Below, piece after piece: positions 38,224-52,893 of a stretch of DNA of 64,000 bases. The position numbers and the translations under genes are program-made. A model generated the notes under the pieces. That model ran no database searches, was not told the origin of the DNA, and was given only the letters and a program-made list of their open reading frames with translations. Every line of letters begins with the position of its first letter. The stretch's first letter is position 1. Source of the DNA: Paramecium tetraurelia (Eukaryota); the NCBI GenBank assembly GCA_000165425.1, contig CT868474.1, positions 1 through 64,000 on the forward strand, written 5' to 3'.

Positions 38224-39809
38224 TCAATATAATGATTAATTATTTTGTTGATATTCATATTTATTATATTATTGTTGCACTCTTCCGTTATTATTATTGT
38301 TTGAATTATTATATTTTTTTTTATTTACATTGTTTTGTTAATTGTTCATTTATTAATTTTGATACTTCTAATATTAATTATGGTTAACCTATTAATATTG
38401 ATAAGCATTCATTTATTAATTTTGAAAACTATTCACATTAAAGGCATTCATTTATTACAATTGCTAGAGATTATTTAATTAAATATTATTAATATTAGTT
38501 TTGAGTGTCAACGGATCCATAGCACTTTTTGGATCCAATAGTTTTTTTTCAATTTGATCTAAATTAATTAAATATTATTCTAATGTAATCCATTTACCAG
38601 GAGTTTCCCAAGAAATATTTAATTTTGCTTTTAAATATTTATGCTCAAACCATTGATCCATATGTTCTGTTGTAAATCCTCCTTAAATCTTAAATATTAT
38701 ATTAAAATATTCTTACCTTTCCAGAATTATCAACATAATACCACAGAGATTCTTTTATAGATCGTGAATGCAGTTAGGCTTGAAGGGAAAAAGGAGCAGT
38801 TTTAATTTTTTCCCTTGAAATTTTAATTGTAGGTTATGAAGGTACTTGAGTTTACCTTTGAATATGTATTCCCATCTCTTCCAATTACTCAAAAAAATCA
38901 TCAGTTTAATTGTTATTGAAGTTACTAAAATAACTCTCAATTTTTTCTTGGGGTTACTCAACCTTAATGAGATCTTTCTATTTATTATTAGAAAAAGCCA
39001 ATGCTTATTTTTCAACTTCTTCAACTGAAAGGACTTTTGTGTTGATTGAATTATTTAGCTTTGGCTATTCTTGTTCTGAAAAGCTAAATAATTCCTGTAA
39101 TTTAGCTTTGGTTTCACTAGCAACCTATAATTGTTTTTCTTCTTATTCTCTCAATTACCTATATTTTTCTTTAGCTTATTATAGCTCTGATATTTCTTCT
39201 TAATTGATTTCATTTTACTTTTTAGATTTTTGTTCTTGTTTTTTTTCAAATGTTCCATGTGATTTTTAATATTCTATTCTCTTTTTTTCGATCTCATTTT
39301 CGATATCAATGATTTGAAAAGTCTCATTGGAGTGCATCCACTTTGGGTCATCTTCATCACTATGGGTGAATTAGGTTGAGGGTGAGATTAGAGGTTTTTA
39401 CGAAATTTTGGTAAAAAGATGAGGTATTTTACCTATGAATTCTTCCAATTCTTAAGGTGGTTCAAGCAATTCTTGATATGCCAAAATTAATGAATGAGAA
39501 TCATAAATTTTATTCTATGGTTGATTAATTTGAGCTCGTGCTGATAAATATTGGTTGTATAAATACCTAAAACAGGTTAGGATGGCTGATTATGAGAATT
39601 CTATTATTTTTCTTATGAGTTACTTCTTCTGTTGTATTTATTTTATTTTTTTTGATTTTAAACATTTTTATCATCAAAATTGTTTTGATTGGTATTCATC
39701 TATTAATAAGATCATTCATATTTACTCTTCTATGAGATTGTCCTTGGCCTTTTTGGTTTTGTTAGTCTTTGCATATATATGAGAGTTGTTATTGCTATTA
39801 TTTTGACAT
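38224..39809 (-). CDS. GYF-domain protein (GIGYF/Smy2-like) with coiled-coil and Q/N-rich tail
   Basis: WYYVDNSGK|IQGGFTTEHMDQWFEHKYLKAKLNISW; acidic DEDDPKW motif; introns near 39700, 39550 and 38700. Confidence 0.75.
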
Positions 39810-39867
39810 TAGTAAATAATTAATAATTATAAATTAATATTGTAAAAAGAAGCATGTTATCAATTAA

Positions 39868-40886
39868 TCATTTACAATGAAATGGGAATATTTTGGATAG
39901 ATGTTAGCTTGGAATTTAATGCATTCTTATTTGTAGTTTTTTCTTAGGCCTGTATCCTAATTTGTATAGAACCTTCATTTTAAAAATCTTTTCATTTTGA
40001 TTCAACTCTGCTATTCGATCCTAAGAACATACTTGCGATCGCTTAGTTATATTTCTTCCTGATTAAAAGTTATTTATAAATGGTTTCAGTGCTTTAATGT
40101 GATTGTTGACTGATTGATCGATATAAGAATCATCCTCTAAGACTTCTGTCTTGATGATCCTCCTTGGATTGCTTATTATTTGTTTTTAGTAATTAATCAG
40201 CGATTGTATCTTCTCGCAATATGAGGGATCATAACTTATGGACCGATTTTATGATCTATAATTATTGATGCCATTTTCATTATGGACATAAGAAAATGAT
40301 CGAATTCCTTTATGTTCTTACGGTGGACTATCATTTGAATTTAGTTGATTAATTTATTACTCCCGATAGATGTAGAGTTTATTCTTACTTAATTATTATT
40401 AGTAATAGAAGAGATTTTCTGCTTAGACCTTTATGCGATGATTCTTTAAAATCTAAGTAATTTAATCCAATTTTAGAGAATACAAGGATCCCTCATATGA
40501 ATGACAAACAACAGTATATTTATAATATCCTTTAGGCTCAACATCCAAATGTTCTATACCAAAGGTGTCCCCTTTTTCTAATAAACATATCTCAAATTAC
40601 TTCCATTTCTTTAAATAAGAAAAAACAGGATTTTATTACAGTACTCTTTTACTCATCTCTATATATTAATTTATTTGGTTACTTTGAATTCTCCTGTTTT
40701 TACAATATAAACAGTCCCCATCAACTCATTTTCAATGTAAACTCTCTAATTTTTAATAAATTATAAGACACTAGCAGAATCAATAATAGCCTTGAGAATA
40801 TCAAAGTGCAATTTGTTAAAAGCAGGGTGATTACGAAATTAATTGATTTTATCCTAATACTCTTATTTAAGTCTATTAAATTGCAT
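39868..40886 (-). CDS. Cyclic-nucleotide-binding-domain protein
   Basis: HPAFNKL..VYIENELMGTVYIVKTGEFK..LLEKGDTFGIE..YTVVCHS..G CNBD followed by a low-complexity tail. Confidence 0.8.
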
Positions 40887-41229
40887 ATTTTTTATTATGA
40901 TAATTTATTTTATAATATTTATTGTTTTATTTTTCAGGGTGAAATTTAATAAAAATATCACTATACTAAGTTTATCTTTTGGACAAAATCACATAATTTT
41001 TTCAATAGTAAAGAAAATGAACACTTGGTTTCTGATAAATAGTAACTTCAGCACTATAAATTCTGATCTCATATTAGAAAGTAGTGCAAACCATTTTTAA
41101 TTATTGATTGAATCAATGACTTCAGAAATAATGCGTTTCGATTCTCAGTTAATTGCTAAAGAAAGACTAAATAATTTATTTAAAGACATATTAGACATAA
41201 ATTATAAAGTAGTCATATTAAAAATTCGT

Positions 41230-42281
41230 TCATCTATGAATTTTACTCTATTTATCAAGTATAAGATCTTTGTAATTTTTCATTATTATGAGTACATCTG
41301 CTTCTAAGTAGGTATAGGATTCTTTGATCGATAATATCTAATCATTATGAATATTTTGAAGTTTATTCATTGCAGCAATTGTTGATTCTAATTAGATGAA
41401 GGGAATTTTTGAATCATCGGACAGTCTATTAATTTCTTATTGATGATTGCTATGATATTTAGGATTTCGTACTTTATTTAAGCATTAAGTTATTAAAATT
41501 TAGCCACAAACTCCTTATAGTATTCACTATAATTATTCAAGCTTTCAGAATATTTATCCATTTGTTTAGTATTTTGGATCAATCTTGTTTCTGCTTCCTT
41601 TAATGCAACTTAGACTTGTTATTCTAGTTTTTTAAATGAGATTTCTTCTTTCTGGAGAAGCTTTTGGAATTAATCTTGAAATTGTGAGAGTTTCTTTTCA
41701 AACAAGTTTAATTTGGAGAAAGTAGTTTCTTCAGTTACCTTGTTTTTTCTTTATCTCAAATTTGAAGCATTATTGTTGGTAGATGAAAGTTATTCATCAT
41801 AATTATTAGTGCAGGTTGATCTTGATCTGCTTGGCTTGTGAAATTTAACTCCTGTATCTCGAACAGACTGATCATCTATCATTTCAGAGATTTAACTATC
41901 TTGGCGTTTGTATTCTTGCAATAAAATTTCATCTTTGAGAAATGGATTGCGATATTATTGATGTTTGAGTTGATCAATTTGAAATGTAAATTTAGTCAGG
42001 TTATCTTTATTATCGATTCTGGTTTCAAGTTCTAAGAGTTTATCTTCAATGTTTTTGAGAATGGAACGAAATAGTTGATTGCTAACAAATTATTCATTAC
42101 CGGTAATATTGGCATCATAATATAAGGAGATCCCTAACTAATTATATTAAGAATGATGGATATCTTCTCTTTCGAACCTACTGGAATTTGATTATGATTT
42201 TCCTCTATATTGATCTTCCTCATTCTTTAATACTAAGTCCAACAATGTTAATTATTGATTTTAGAATTTGTGTGTTTACAT
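41230..42281 (-). CDS. Hypothetical coiled-coil protein
   Basis: ATG 42281 to TGA 41230; one 23-nt intron accounts exactly for the frame change. Confidence 0.75.
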
Positions 42282-42307
42282 GAAAAATAAATTAATATTA
42301 TAACTAT

Positions 42308-45300
42308 TCAGATATATTAATAAAAATTCATGATAGTTTTGTTGGTGATAACAAAATTGGTTTTTCTTTTCTGACAAATAATATTGTCAATTTAACTATT
42401 TAATTAACAAATTTGAATTTAATTTTGATTTGACGCATCATTAGGTAAGACCACTTCAATGGAACCATCTAAATAAATCAATAAATTTACTTTGAGTGAC
42501 TACATAGACTTTAAGATTATTATCCAAAGACAAATAGAGTGGGAAATCATTCAAATTGACAAGCAAGATGATTTGTTTTTTGTTGTAATTTCTGCCATAT
42601 AGATATTGTAAGGTATTGAGTACAGCAAAGTAAACGTTATCAAATCCTTATGCAGGTACAATTGAAGTTTGAGTGTCAACTGATTAGTAGAGTGCTTAGG
42701 TATCTTTTTGAGATTATTCATTGTCCAAATTACCATGTGGATTTTCTAAGAAATTAATCTAATCGAAAAGTGTAAATGCAAATTGATATTATCTGGTTGA
42801 GTTGTAATCTACCTACAATGTTGAAACCACTCCAGTGTCTTTTTCTATTGCAAAAATTACTCTCTTTTCACATTGCTCTACCAATTAACAAACATTTGGT
42901 AACTCTAATGCCTTGATGTATCTGATGATATATTCTTGATTCTTATACAGATGTTCTAAAAAGAAGAGTTATCCACTCTCATCCAAAACGAACTTACCTG
43001 GAATAGAGTCAAAGATTCCAAAAACACAAGAAATTATTTTATCAGGTCCTCCCTTTCCAATATGATAGTACTAATCATAAATATCCAATCTATCAATGTG
43101 GATAGTCTTGATTTAACCGAACTCCTATATAAACACTATCTATTTGATTTGAGCATCATAGAAAAACTACACAATTTCCTTATCCCATTGATATTCAACA
43201 AGTAATTCAGCTGTGTCCATTCTCCACAATTTGACTATTCCTTGATTGAAGGTGGTGACTAAAATATTGTCCTCCACTAATTTGCATAACTGTATTTCAA
43301 TCTCACTTTAATCACAATTTGAAGCATTCAAGAGAAAATATTGTTTTGTTGCAAACGATATCAGATAAATATTGCCATTGCCTAATCCAAAGATTCCTTA
43401 GGTGTAAAATGGATCTAATACATAAGATGTAACCATAGCAGGTAATTGGATTCTCTAAAAGGCGAATCCCGAATCTAAGAAGGATTATAAAGTCAAAACT
43501 GCTTTGATATCCATGATGAAAAATGAATGTTCGATACTACCTAAAATTATCTTCCCTGCTGCCTAACTCACTTTAAGATAAGTGATTTCAGCATTAGTTA
43601 TTTATTTTCTATATATTGATTTAAATTCCCCGTATTTCATTATCACTATTTCCCCTGACTTTAATCCCAATATCAGTAATTATGTAATTTGATTTTTATT
43701 TTATTATTATTATTACTATTATTGTTTCATCGATTCTTATGTTGGTTCTTATTATAATTAAGGAAATGACATTTAATTCTTAGAACCTTCTTCCAAAAGT
43801 ATCTCTTCGGTTTTTACAGTTTATGATTATTAACTATTATCAAAAGACACTCTATCTGATAGATTTAATGATTATGATGTTTATTTATTTTTGCTACCCT
43901 CATAAACTACATAATCAAATGCTGTTATTTCTTCAAGTTCGTTTGTATTAACATTCTTAGGTAGGAATACATCAAAATATTCTAACTTATGATCTTTGGT
44001 AAAAGCCCACAAATAGATTTAATCTCTGCCAACTGTTGCGAATTCTATGATACGTTCTTTAGAGAATGAATATTTTGATATTTTAATATCATTTATTCTA
44101 TCTAATGTATATGAAGAGGTTATCAATTTTTTAGTGGAGAAATCCCAAATAACAATTGTGCACTCCTTTCCATTTCCTACTGATATTAGGTACTTTTCAT
44201 CTTCTGTAAGCAAAATTTAATGAACTCCTTAAGTATGAAAGTTCATCTGAGCTATTTATTTGAATCCCAATTGACTAGCATTATTCTGGATTTCATAAAC
44301 ATATATGGGAGCAGCATCTTGTACCTTCTGTGCAAGACCAACAATCAGATGCTTTTCAGTTTTATCAAGGTAGATAACACTCACAGTGGCATTGAAACTC
44401 AAAATTTATTATTCTCTATCCTACTATAATTTTTCAAAGATAACATAATTTTGAGATGTATATGCATACCAACCATAAGATTAACACCATATAACATTAT
44501 CATGTGTTTTTGTGTTATAGCCAACCATATACTTACAAGATAAAGTAGGTTGTTATAATTAACCTTTTTATTATTGTAAAATGTATTATCTGAAAGGTAA
44601 TTAAGTAGATGAATGCTATCTATTTTATTATTTTTTAATTTGACTTCTTGATCTTCTCTTATTCAGAATTTATCTCTCGAATTCGAAAGTTATAGGCTTA
44701 AACTCTTATTATAATCTGGATGGTTTGAAGTGATCAGGCTTGAATGGTGTGTTGACATTTTTGTTTGCCAACCCTTATTCTTCCTCTTATTCCTCCTTTT
44801 AGGGGATTTTTCTAACTAAACTAAACATTTCCACTAACTAGCTTTATTAAAATGTATGCAAATGAGCATCCTTATTTGGTTAAACATTCTCATTGTTTTC
44901 TTAGAGATCATAGTAATCATCCAATTTTTCGTTTTATTCATCCTATTGCTACTCTTATTATTCAAATTAGTCTGGTTACATATCAATTTTAGTACATTAT
45001 TATACTAATTACTCCTATTCCATTCTAATCAACCTTTCATTTTTACCTGTATATCCCAGGAACTTCCAAATAAATATTCCTTCTTCTCCACCTGCTGTTA
45101 TGATAGTACTACCATTATCAGCACAATCAATAGAATTTACTGAAGAGGAATGACCAATGAAGACCTAACAAGATCCTGGTCCCTTAATTTAAAATTCATA
45201 ATCCCAAACCTTCAAATACTATTCAGCACCTACAGAGAATAGATATTTCATATTTGGTGAGACAACAAAATCATTTAATGATTACTTATGCATAAATGTC

Positions 45301-47848
45301 TATTCTCTCAAATAGTATGCTGTGATAGTGTCATTAACTCTTTCAATTCCATAAATAATAATTCTACCATCTGTAGTTCCACACAATAATTCTACATTAT
45401 TCTCTGCCCATTTCAATATTTTCAAATTGAACCTTGTCTAAATCTTTAAAATTTGTTATAATGATGAAGTATCCCACAATTCAATATTGTTAGAATTCTC
45501 AATAATTGATAAAATAGCAGAATCTTTTGAAAATTATCCACATACATTCTGAGATTATATTGAATGTTGAATGGTTTTGATAGGCTGATAATCTCTGCTC
45601 ACATCATAGATTTTGTAGATTGATTTAGCATCTCCAATAACCAATTACTATCCATTTGGACTATACTAAATGCTTTTGATCTCTAAATCATGATACTTTC
45701 CTTCAAAAAGTATTGATGTCTGCTCAATATCAAATATTCTATGTGTTCCAGACTTGAATCCAGCTGCAAAATACATTCCAATCGGAGATGATGATAAACA
45801 AACGCATTTGTCATCTTATGGGAATGTGAATTCATAAACCTAATCAGATTTCTCAATGTCCCACAATCTAATTGTGCAATCCTCTGACAATGTAATTAAT
45901 AACTTTGAATATGGATGCACCTAGATCTAATTGATCACATTTGTGTGTGATCTTATAACAGTCTTGTAATGATGACTGCTGATATCTAAAATACCCAATC
46001 CTCCTGTTGAAGTTCCACATGCCACTTGTAGACCATCAATTGATATGTCCAATGAAGTAATTATGCCCTCATGTTTAGCTTCAATATAAAACTCATTGAA
46101 ATCTAAGGGCCAAACTCTAAGGTACTAATCTAAACTACCAGTAATACAGAATCCAGCAGATAAACATACTGCTGTGACTGCATCATTATGTACTTTATAC
46201 ACCTACATTAATTTCTGAGATTGATAAGCTACTTAAAATAGATATCCATTCTTGGATCCAAAATAAATGTTACTAACATTTTGATCTTCATAATTGAATT
46301 CAAAATCAAAGTTAGTAAATGTAGTATTTCTCGCATGATGATTTAATACAACACTAGCTCCAGGAAGATGTTCTTCTTTGATTCTCCAAAATCTAATATT
46401 CTCATGTCCACAAGACAGTATTTTATTATTATCAACAGGTGAAAATTTGATTGCCAATATATTACATGAACTTGTTTGTTTAGCAAATAGGATGGGTTTT
46501 CTATTGGTTTCTATTTTCTCTAATCCCCAAACAATTATAATTTCTCTATTATGCTCATCTTATCCTACAGTCACTAACATTTTGCGATCTTAACTAAAAG
46601 ATAGATAATTCAAATGTGAATATGGAGTGGCAAATGCACTTAAACAATCACAATTGTTCTTCCATATTCTTATGATAGCATTCTTTTCACTCTACCCACT
46701 CACTAGCCATTCACCATCTTTACTTACATCCAAACATGAAATTGCCTTAGAATGCCCCATAAAAAACTTCTATTTTCCATCTTATATATTGCTTTAAACT
46801 AATAATGATCCTGCAGCATATGTTATCTATTTCTGAGTATCTGTTTGTCGACCCCATTTAATATCAGGACAAGAATTGACTGTGAATCCAATAATTTTAT
46901 CCAGTTGTTGGATTGGATAAGGCTGAAGAGGATGATCTTGTGCATCTACTGACTTGCTCTGTGCTACATTATAATCACCAGGTCTCTTTTTCACCAATTC
47001 CTCTATTTATTAAGTATTATGCTAAATTGAGTTTTATTTAAAGGACTTTTGGGTTTCTTATTTGTACTTCTCCTTATTATCTTAGATTTTCTATAAGTTT
47101 TCCAGAATGTCTGTGGTCACTTCTACCAAAGGTTATTTGAAAACATGAGGGGAGACATCCAAAGTAGGCCAGTATGCAATCTAATATTCTTCTGTCCATT
47201 TTTATCCTTTGGCCAATTTAAAGAGCATTTATTTTGGCAGAGTTTCCCAATCATAGAGATTGTCACTCGTATAGATACCTCTAATGTTCATGGAGCTGCA
47301 GATTTGAAATGACTTTAGTGAATGAATTCCCTTGAATTACTTATACAAACTGCTTGGTAACAATCCAAAATTACCCAAAAAATATTCAACATCCAAAATC
47401 AAGATAGTCCATTTGTTGGGAGCATTCTTTGGGTATGGAATTAAGAGTTGTGATTGCTAAACCTATGTATTTTATGATTTCGAATGAATACTTTGTGGAC
47501 ATCATACATGTTGGAGACTGTTAACTTGATCGAGGGATCTCTGTCTTTAATTTGCAAATCAAAGTGGATTGTGAAATATCTCCCTTTGATCGGAATGAAT
47601 TCAATATAAATATATCGGCCAGTTAATCCCAGTTGTTTGATTCCTTAACAAGGATCTGGAATCTAGACCATATTATTTGCAGATATCGCTCCTAATAGTC
47701 TTATGATCTTTCTCCCGATTTGGTTATCCTAATAATCGCATCACAATTTTACTTGGACAACTGAAACCTAACCTTTGGATTGTGTATGTGCTATCTCGAA
47801 TACACCAAACTACTTGAAAACATCAACGAAGGGGTGTTACCAATTCAT
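42308..47848 (-). CDS. WDR90: WDR90/POC16 basal-body protein (DUF667/CFA20 domain + WD40 propellers)
   Basis: MNWQHPFVDVFK, GAISANN, LGLTGRYIYI, LKSFQICSSMNIRGIYTSD; many WD40 repeats (FFMGHS, SCGHENIRFWR, FIGHSSSV). Confidence 0.92.
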
Positions 47849-48021
47849 TTATTCAAATTCAAATATTATTTATTTATTAATTTTAAGTTATATCCGTTCG
47901 TCTGTATAAATATTTATTATACATCTGCATTATCAAATTATCAATTTAATATTTGTAACATCATCCAAATAAATCATTACTAAATTCAAAGACATTCCAC
48001 ACATTTTTACTTTTTTTTTCA

Positions 48022-49421
48022 ATGGACAAACCCACAATCGAACACCTTTTCAAAATCGTATTTGACATCAACAGAGATCAAAATCTTATTTTCTGCCATG
48101 CCTGTCAAATAAGGTTCCCCATCGTGGAACCAGAAGAAGCAACCCTCTACATCCACCACTTCTCCAAAGAACATGTTTATAATCTAACAACCATAGCTAC
48201 TAAAGATATAGTCAAGGCTAATGAATCTACAAAAAAAGATACTCGAGTGCTATAAGTGATCCCCCTATTCGATTTACAAAAGGCACTCCACATCCAAGAA
48301 CAAAAACCCAAAAATGGTAATTCTTTATTCTAACCCCTTTTTAAGTGCTCCATCAGTACCTCAAAGAGTGCATTACCAAATTACCAACCATCTACGAACA
48401 ACTAGAACTCAATAACTTGGAAGCTCACATGAGTACTCTGAGGAGATTTTATCTACACCTCCTTAATCACAACACATCAAAATTAACTCCAGAACTGTGC
48501 TTCTCCTTTGTTGATATCTACAAAACTGAAAAGGATTTTCAATTGATAAGGAAATTTGTCAAAGCATTCAATTTCCCCTTGACTCATGATTAGATGCTCA
48601 TTCTAAATCCCCACAAATAGACCTATCCAAATTTGTCTCAAGATTTGTAAGTAGAATTTTATTAAATCTTCATCAATGACCTAATAGACTTGGGATTATG
48701 TAAAGAGTCCTTGGTTTACCATCTTGCCAAAATAGGAACGCCAATTAGTAAAATCATTGATTTGAAACTCTACGAAATTAAGAATAAATTTAATGAACTC
48801 ATTAGCAGAGGCATTAATGAAGACTAAAACATCTTCTTTCTAAGCATCATTGAAAAATTGGAACGCTATGAAAATCTTAATAATCACTCTTATGTTTTTA
48901 CTAAGTGGAATACTGAATGCCAAATGAGAAAATGCGTCAGATAGATCAGAAATAAGCTTAGATATCAAACAACCGATGAGAGGTATAAGGTGTTCTTAGC
49001 CACGGCTTCACTCTAGTAGATACAGAATTGGTAGAAGATTCAGACTCAAAATGAGAAAAATAATACAACTGATATGATATCTATATTAGAAACAATCAAT
49101 GAAAATAAAAATTAGTCTAGAAAAAGTAAGAAATTATTTCTCTAATAATATATTTTACCTAATAAAAGTCAAACCAATTTGGACTAATTTGAAAGAAAAG
49201 GATAGGAAGAAACTGAAAATAATGAAATCGATATCAGTATAAATGATTCGAATTCAGAATGTGATTTGGAGAAAGGCTTGTTTGTTAAATACAGCAATTA
49301 AATGGCAGATATAAATTCAACTAAATAGAATCAGAATGATACGAACAATTCATTGTCTTGTATAGAAATATTTGATAATTATAAGTCGAAAGCTTCACTT
49401 AAAAAGTCATCCAAAAGGTGA
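48022..49421 (+). CDS. Hypothetical protein with N-terminal C2H2-like zinc finger
   Basis: FCHACQIRF..YIHHFSKEH; intron near 48317; basic C-terminus. Confidence 0.65.
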
Positions 49422-49625
49422 AATTATAATTAATATCTATATTGCAATCACATTATTATATTTTTATGTCTCTTATTTATTTGATGTTTCGGATGAGTTG
49501 CTAGTGAATTAAGAGAAAACCTTTCATAAATTATTAATTTTTCTCGATTGAGAATGTTTAAATAATTTGCAATTCAAATCGAATATGAAATAATATGGAA
49601 AATTTTATTAATAAAAAATATTATA

Positions 49626-49981
49626 ATGAATCATCTGGGTGTTGGATAGTAATAAAAAAAGACTGTTGTTTGCAATAACACTGAAGTTTAGTTGGTAATA
49701 CCTTAACAGCCACAGAATATTTAATATACCAGACAACCTCACGTTGTTTATTGTGCTAATTGTAACAATCAAATTTAAACACATGTTTAATTGAAGATTG
49801 GCAAGGGTCAATTGATGATGGCCTTGATAATGTTGCCTAAGCTACTATGGTAATAATGATCATCCTCTAAGTTATTAGTGCTTGTGTGATCCCCTTATTG
49901 ATGGATGATTGCCGAGATGCAGTTCATTTATGTCCTGTTTGCAAGGCCGAAGTAGGAAGAAAGAATTTCATCTTTGAATGA
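49626..49981 (+). CDS. LITAF-domain protein
   Basis: CANC..hydrophobic helix..IPLLMDDCRDAVHLCPVC; one intron. Confidence 0.9.
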
Positions 49982-50042
49982 TTTATGCAATAATGAAAAT
50001 CAACTTAATATATAATTAAATTATTTTATCAAAAACTACGAC

Positions 50043-51130
50043 ATGATAGGGAATCTTATGAGTTAGGAAAGCTTTCCAAATCAAATATTATAATAATAAA
50101 TTTAATTATAGAATGTCTATAGAAGTTTTGATGGAGCAGATTCAAGAATTAGAGTATTATTTATATGTATATATATATAGATGGATCATTTTTTTAAAGT
50201 GCAATCATAGTTTATCAAATGCTTAAATAATCTTATACGTCATTAAAATAATAAGAAAAAATCGAGCATATTAGTGTTGCCATATTAGGGGACTCATTTA
50301 TATGTATAATAGATAATAAAATTTATTCAGGTTCACTTTAAAGATGAAATAAATCTTAAAAAAGCAAAAGTGTTCGAATCCACTGATAGTACTTTTGGGC
50401 AATTCTCTTTCTTAAATCCTCAGATGCCATTTCTTCCTTGTATTACAAATAATGATATTTAGTTTCGGCTTACTAAACTATAGCTCCTCATTATTCGTAA
50501 GAATTCGCAATTTAGAGAATGAATCCTATTATGCAGAGTTAAGACAGATTTATAGGTTAGTCCAAATAAGTCAACCAATAAACTAATCATTTCAAAGTGA
50601 AAGACAAATTTATAGTATTTTCTGGAAAACCAGAAGAATCACAATCAATTCATTCGGATGAATAAGATGAAGATGACAAGTAGTCAGATCACTCATTCTC
50701 AATCAAAAAAAAGAAGAAAATCAGTAAGGTAAATGATACTAAAAATATTACCAAAAACTTTTCGAAGGCCATCATCAGTTACATCACTCAAAACAAAGAT
50801 ATCGGGTTGAAGCTATTGGACCCAAGGGAATTTGAAGACTTTTTATAAATATTGAAAGAGAAAAAAAACAAGATGACAAACATCCAATAATTAAGAGAAT
50901 TGTGGGTTGATTGTGAGGATGAAAAATTAAAATCATTTAATAAAACATTTAGAATTTTCAGGTAATATACTAATATTTAACCTAATAGTTAATACTTTTT
51001 AAGGTAACAATCAGTGGCATACATCTATAATTCTCGAATCATGAACACAGGATGGCACTTAAAATATAGATATAATTTGCTTCGAGCACTAAGAGAACCC
51101 CAAAACTTCAAATACATTAAAGATATTTGA
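50043..51130 (+). CDS. Protein with low-complexity N-terminus, basic patch and a compact C-terminal domain (KNITKNFSKAII..FRIFSQYFL..YNSRI..HLKYR)
   Basis: Frame rebuilt from ATG 50043 (or 50058) through short introns to TGA 51130; KKKKKISK before the domain. Confidence 0.7.
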
Positions 51131-51154
51131 TATATATTATATATTTCATACATA

Positions 51155-52309
51155 TCATAATTTTGATCTATGAACTATGCCATCACTCTTGATTTCTTAA
51201 ATGGATGTAACACCCATTAATTACATAGTTGAAACCAATTCTGACTATAATATCTAGAACATTTTGTTGAGTCCTTCCCTTCCACCAATAGCTGTACTGT
51301 AAATAGCAGGTCTTCCAACAAAAACGCATTTAGCACCTAAAGCCAAACATTTATAAACATCTGTTCCATTTCTTACTCCACTATCCACATAAACTTCCAC
51401 AGAACCAGCTGCTGCCACAATTTCTGGTAGCATCTCAACAGTAGACCTCACAGTATCTAATTGTCTTCCTCCATGATTTGAGACCCAAATGGCATCTACT
51501 CCATGTTCAAGTGCCAATTTAGCATCAGCTCCACATTGAATTCCCTTCAAAATTATTGGAACCTTAGTGATTGACCTTAACCACTTAATATCATTCCAAT
51601 TCACTGTTTAATCTAATTACTCCGCAAAGAATTTCAATAACCCAGATCCTTGGTTGTTGGCTACAGTTTATAGTTAGATATTAGCCTCTTTTGCTAATTC
51701 TTCAAGAATTTCCAACCTTAAATGAGGAGGCAATACAAATCTTATTTATCTTTATCTTAATACCTTTATTTTTCATCGGCTTCTCTCTTACCTAAAATTG
51801 GTGCGTCTACTGTTAATACTAGACCTTAAAATCCTTCCTTTTCTGCTTTCCTTACCAATGCCTCTGTTAATTATCTATTTTTTTGTATATACAATTATTA
51901 GAATCTCAAGCCATCTTTATTATGCTTAGCCACTTCAGATTGAGATAAGGTAGATAAGGTAGTCAATGTAAAGGGAACTTTCCATTAATGAGCTAATTAA
52001 GCAGTTACTTCTTCACCCAAAGGATGAGCCTTAAGATTAATAATAAACTTATACTAATTTTAACATAGCAACAGGAGCTATGCCAATAGGTAAATCAATT
52101 TAATGACCCAATATTTTTGTTTTAGTAGAAATTTTTGAGACATCTCTTAATACTCTAGGATTCAAGTAAATTCTTTAAAATGCATCAATATTCTCCTTTT
52201 TTGTAATTTCTTCGTTTGCACCTGATCTATAATATTGATATGCATTCGAATCTAGTTTAATTGATGCTAATTATTCTAACTCTCTTAAAGAAATAAAGTT
52301 TGTAGCCAT
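51155..52309 (-). CDS. Peroxisomal (S)-2-hydroxy-acid oxidase / glycolate oxidase (FMN-dependent)
   Basis: YYRSGA, LNPRVL, APVAM, LTVDAP, KGI, SNHGGRQLD, DSGVRNGTD, GRP; C-terminal SKL (PTS1). Confidence 0.95.
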
Positions 52310-52893
52310 TAAAAAAAACTTAGATATTTTTATTACACATTAAAGTCAATTAAAATCTATAAATACCTCAGAGGAGGTGATATTAAAATCAAAAGCTTTA
52401 GATATTCTCAAGCAAATTAGAAATCATTATATTGGCAAGGTATCTGAAGTATTTAAATTTTTGAAAATTACTCAAATTTTGAGATGGCTTACTAATGTTC
52501 CTAATTGTTGATCAGAAAATTAAAACATTTCTAAATTATTATATACCATATAAGTTAAAGGAGAAACCACTCACTAGAGGTTCATATCAGAGTGATAGAC
52601 TTTAAATATCGAAGAAATTTTATAATGTAAATATCAAATTATTAAAAGAATGAATATGGGATAAGATTTCAAAATTTAAGTTTAATTTGTTATACTAATT
52701 GCAATACGATTAATTAAAATATTTTCGTTTTCTTTAATGATTATTTTATTTTTGTAATGTTAACCCATCTATTATTTAATCTATTTTGATTAGAAAAATA
52801 GTGAGATCAAAATTAATGAGCTTTTGATATTAAAAAGTTTGTGTGAAAAGTTAAAAATAAATTTAGCAATCATTAATTATATACGATAATTAA

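Noticed and set aside
40890..41225. Track ORFs 40897-41100 and 41104-41307
   Set aside because: Low-complexity intergenic or antisense frames with no supporting features
50144..50330. Two 27-nt stopless GT..AG segments as regulated alternative introns
   Set aside because: The frame is open either way, so splicing cannot be decided from sequence alone
52320..52880. Separate gene between glycolate oxidase and the K+ channel
   Set aside because: Only short broken frames; could be a relic but nothing supportable
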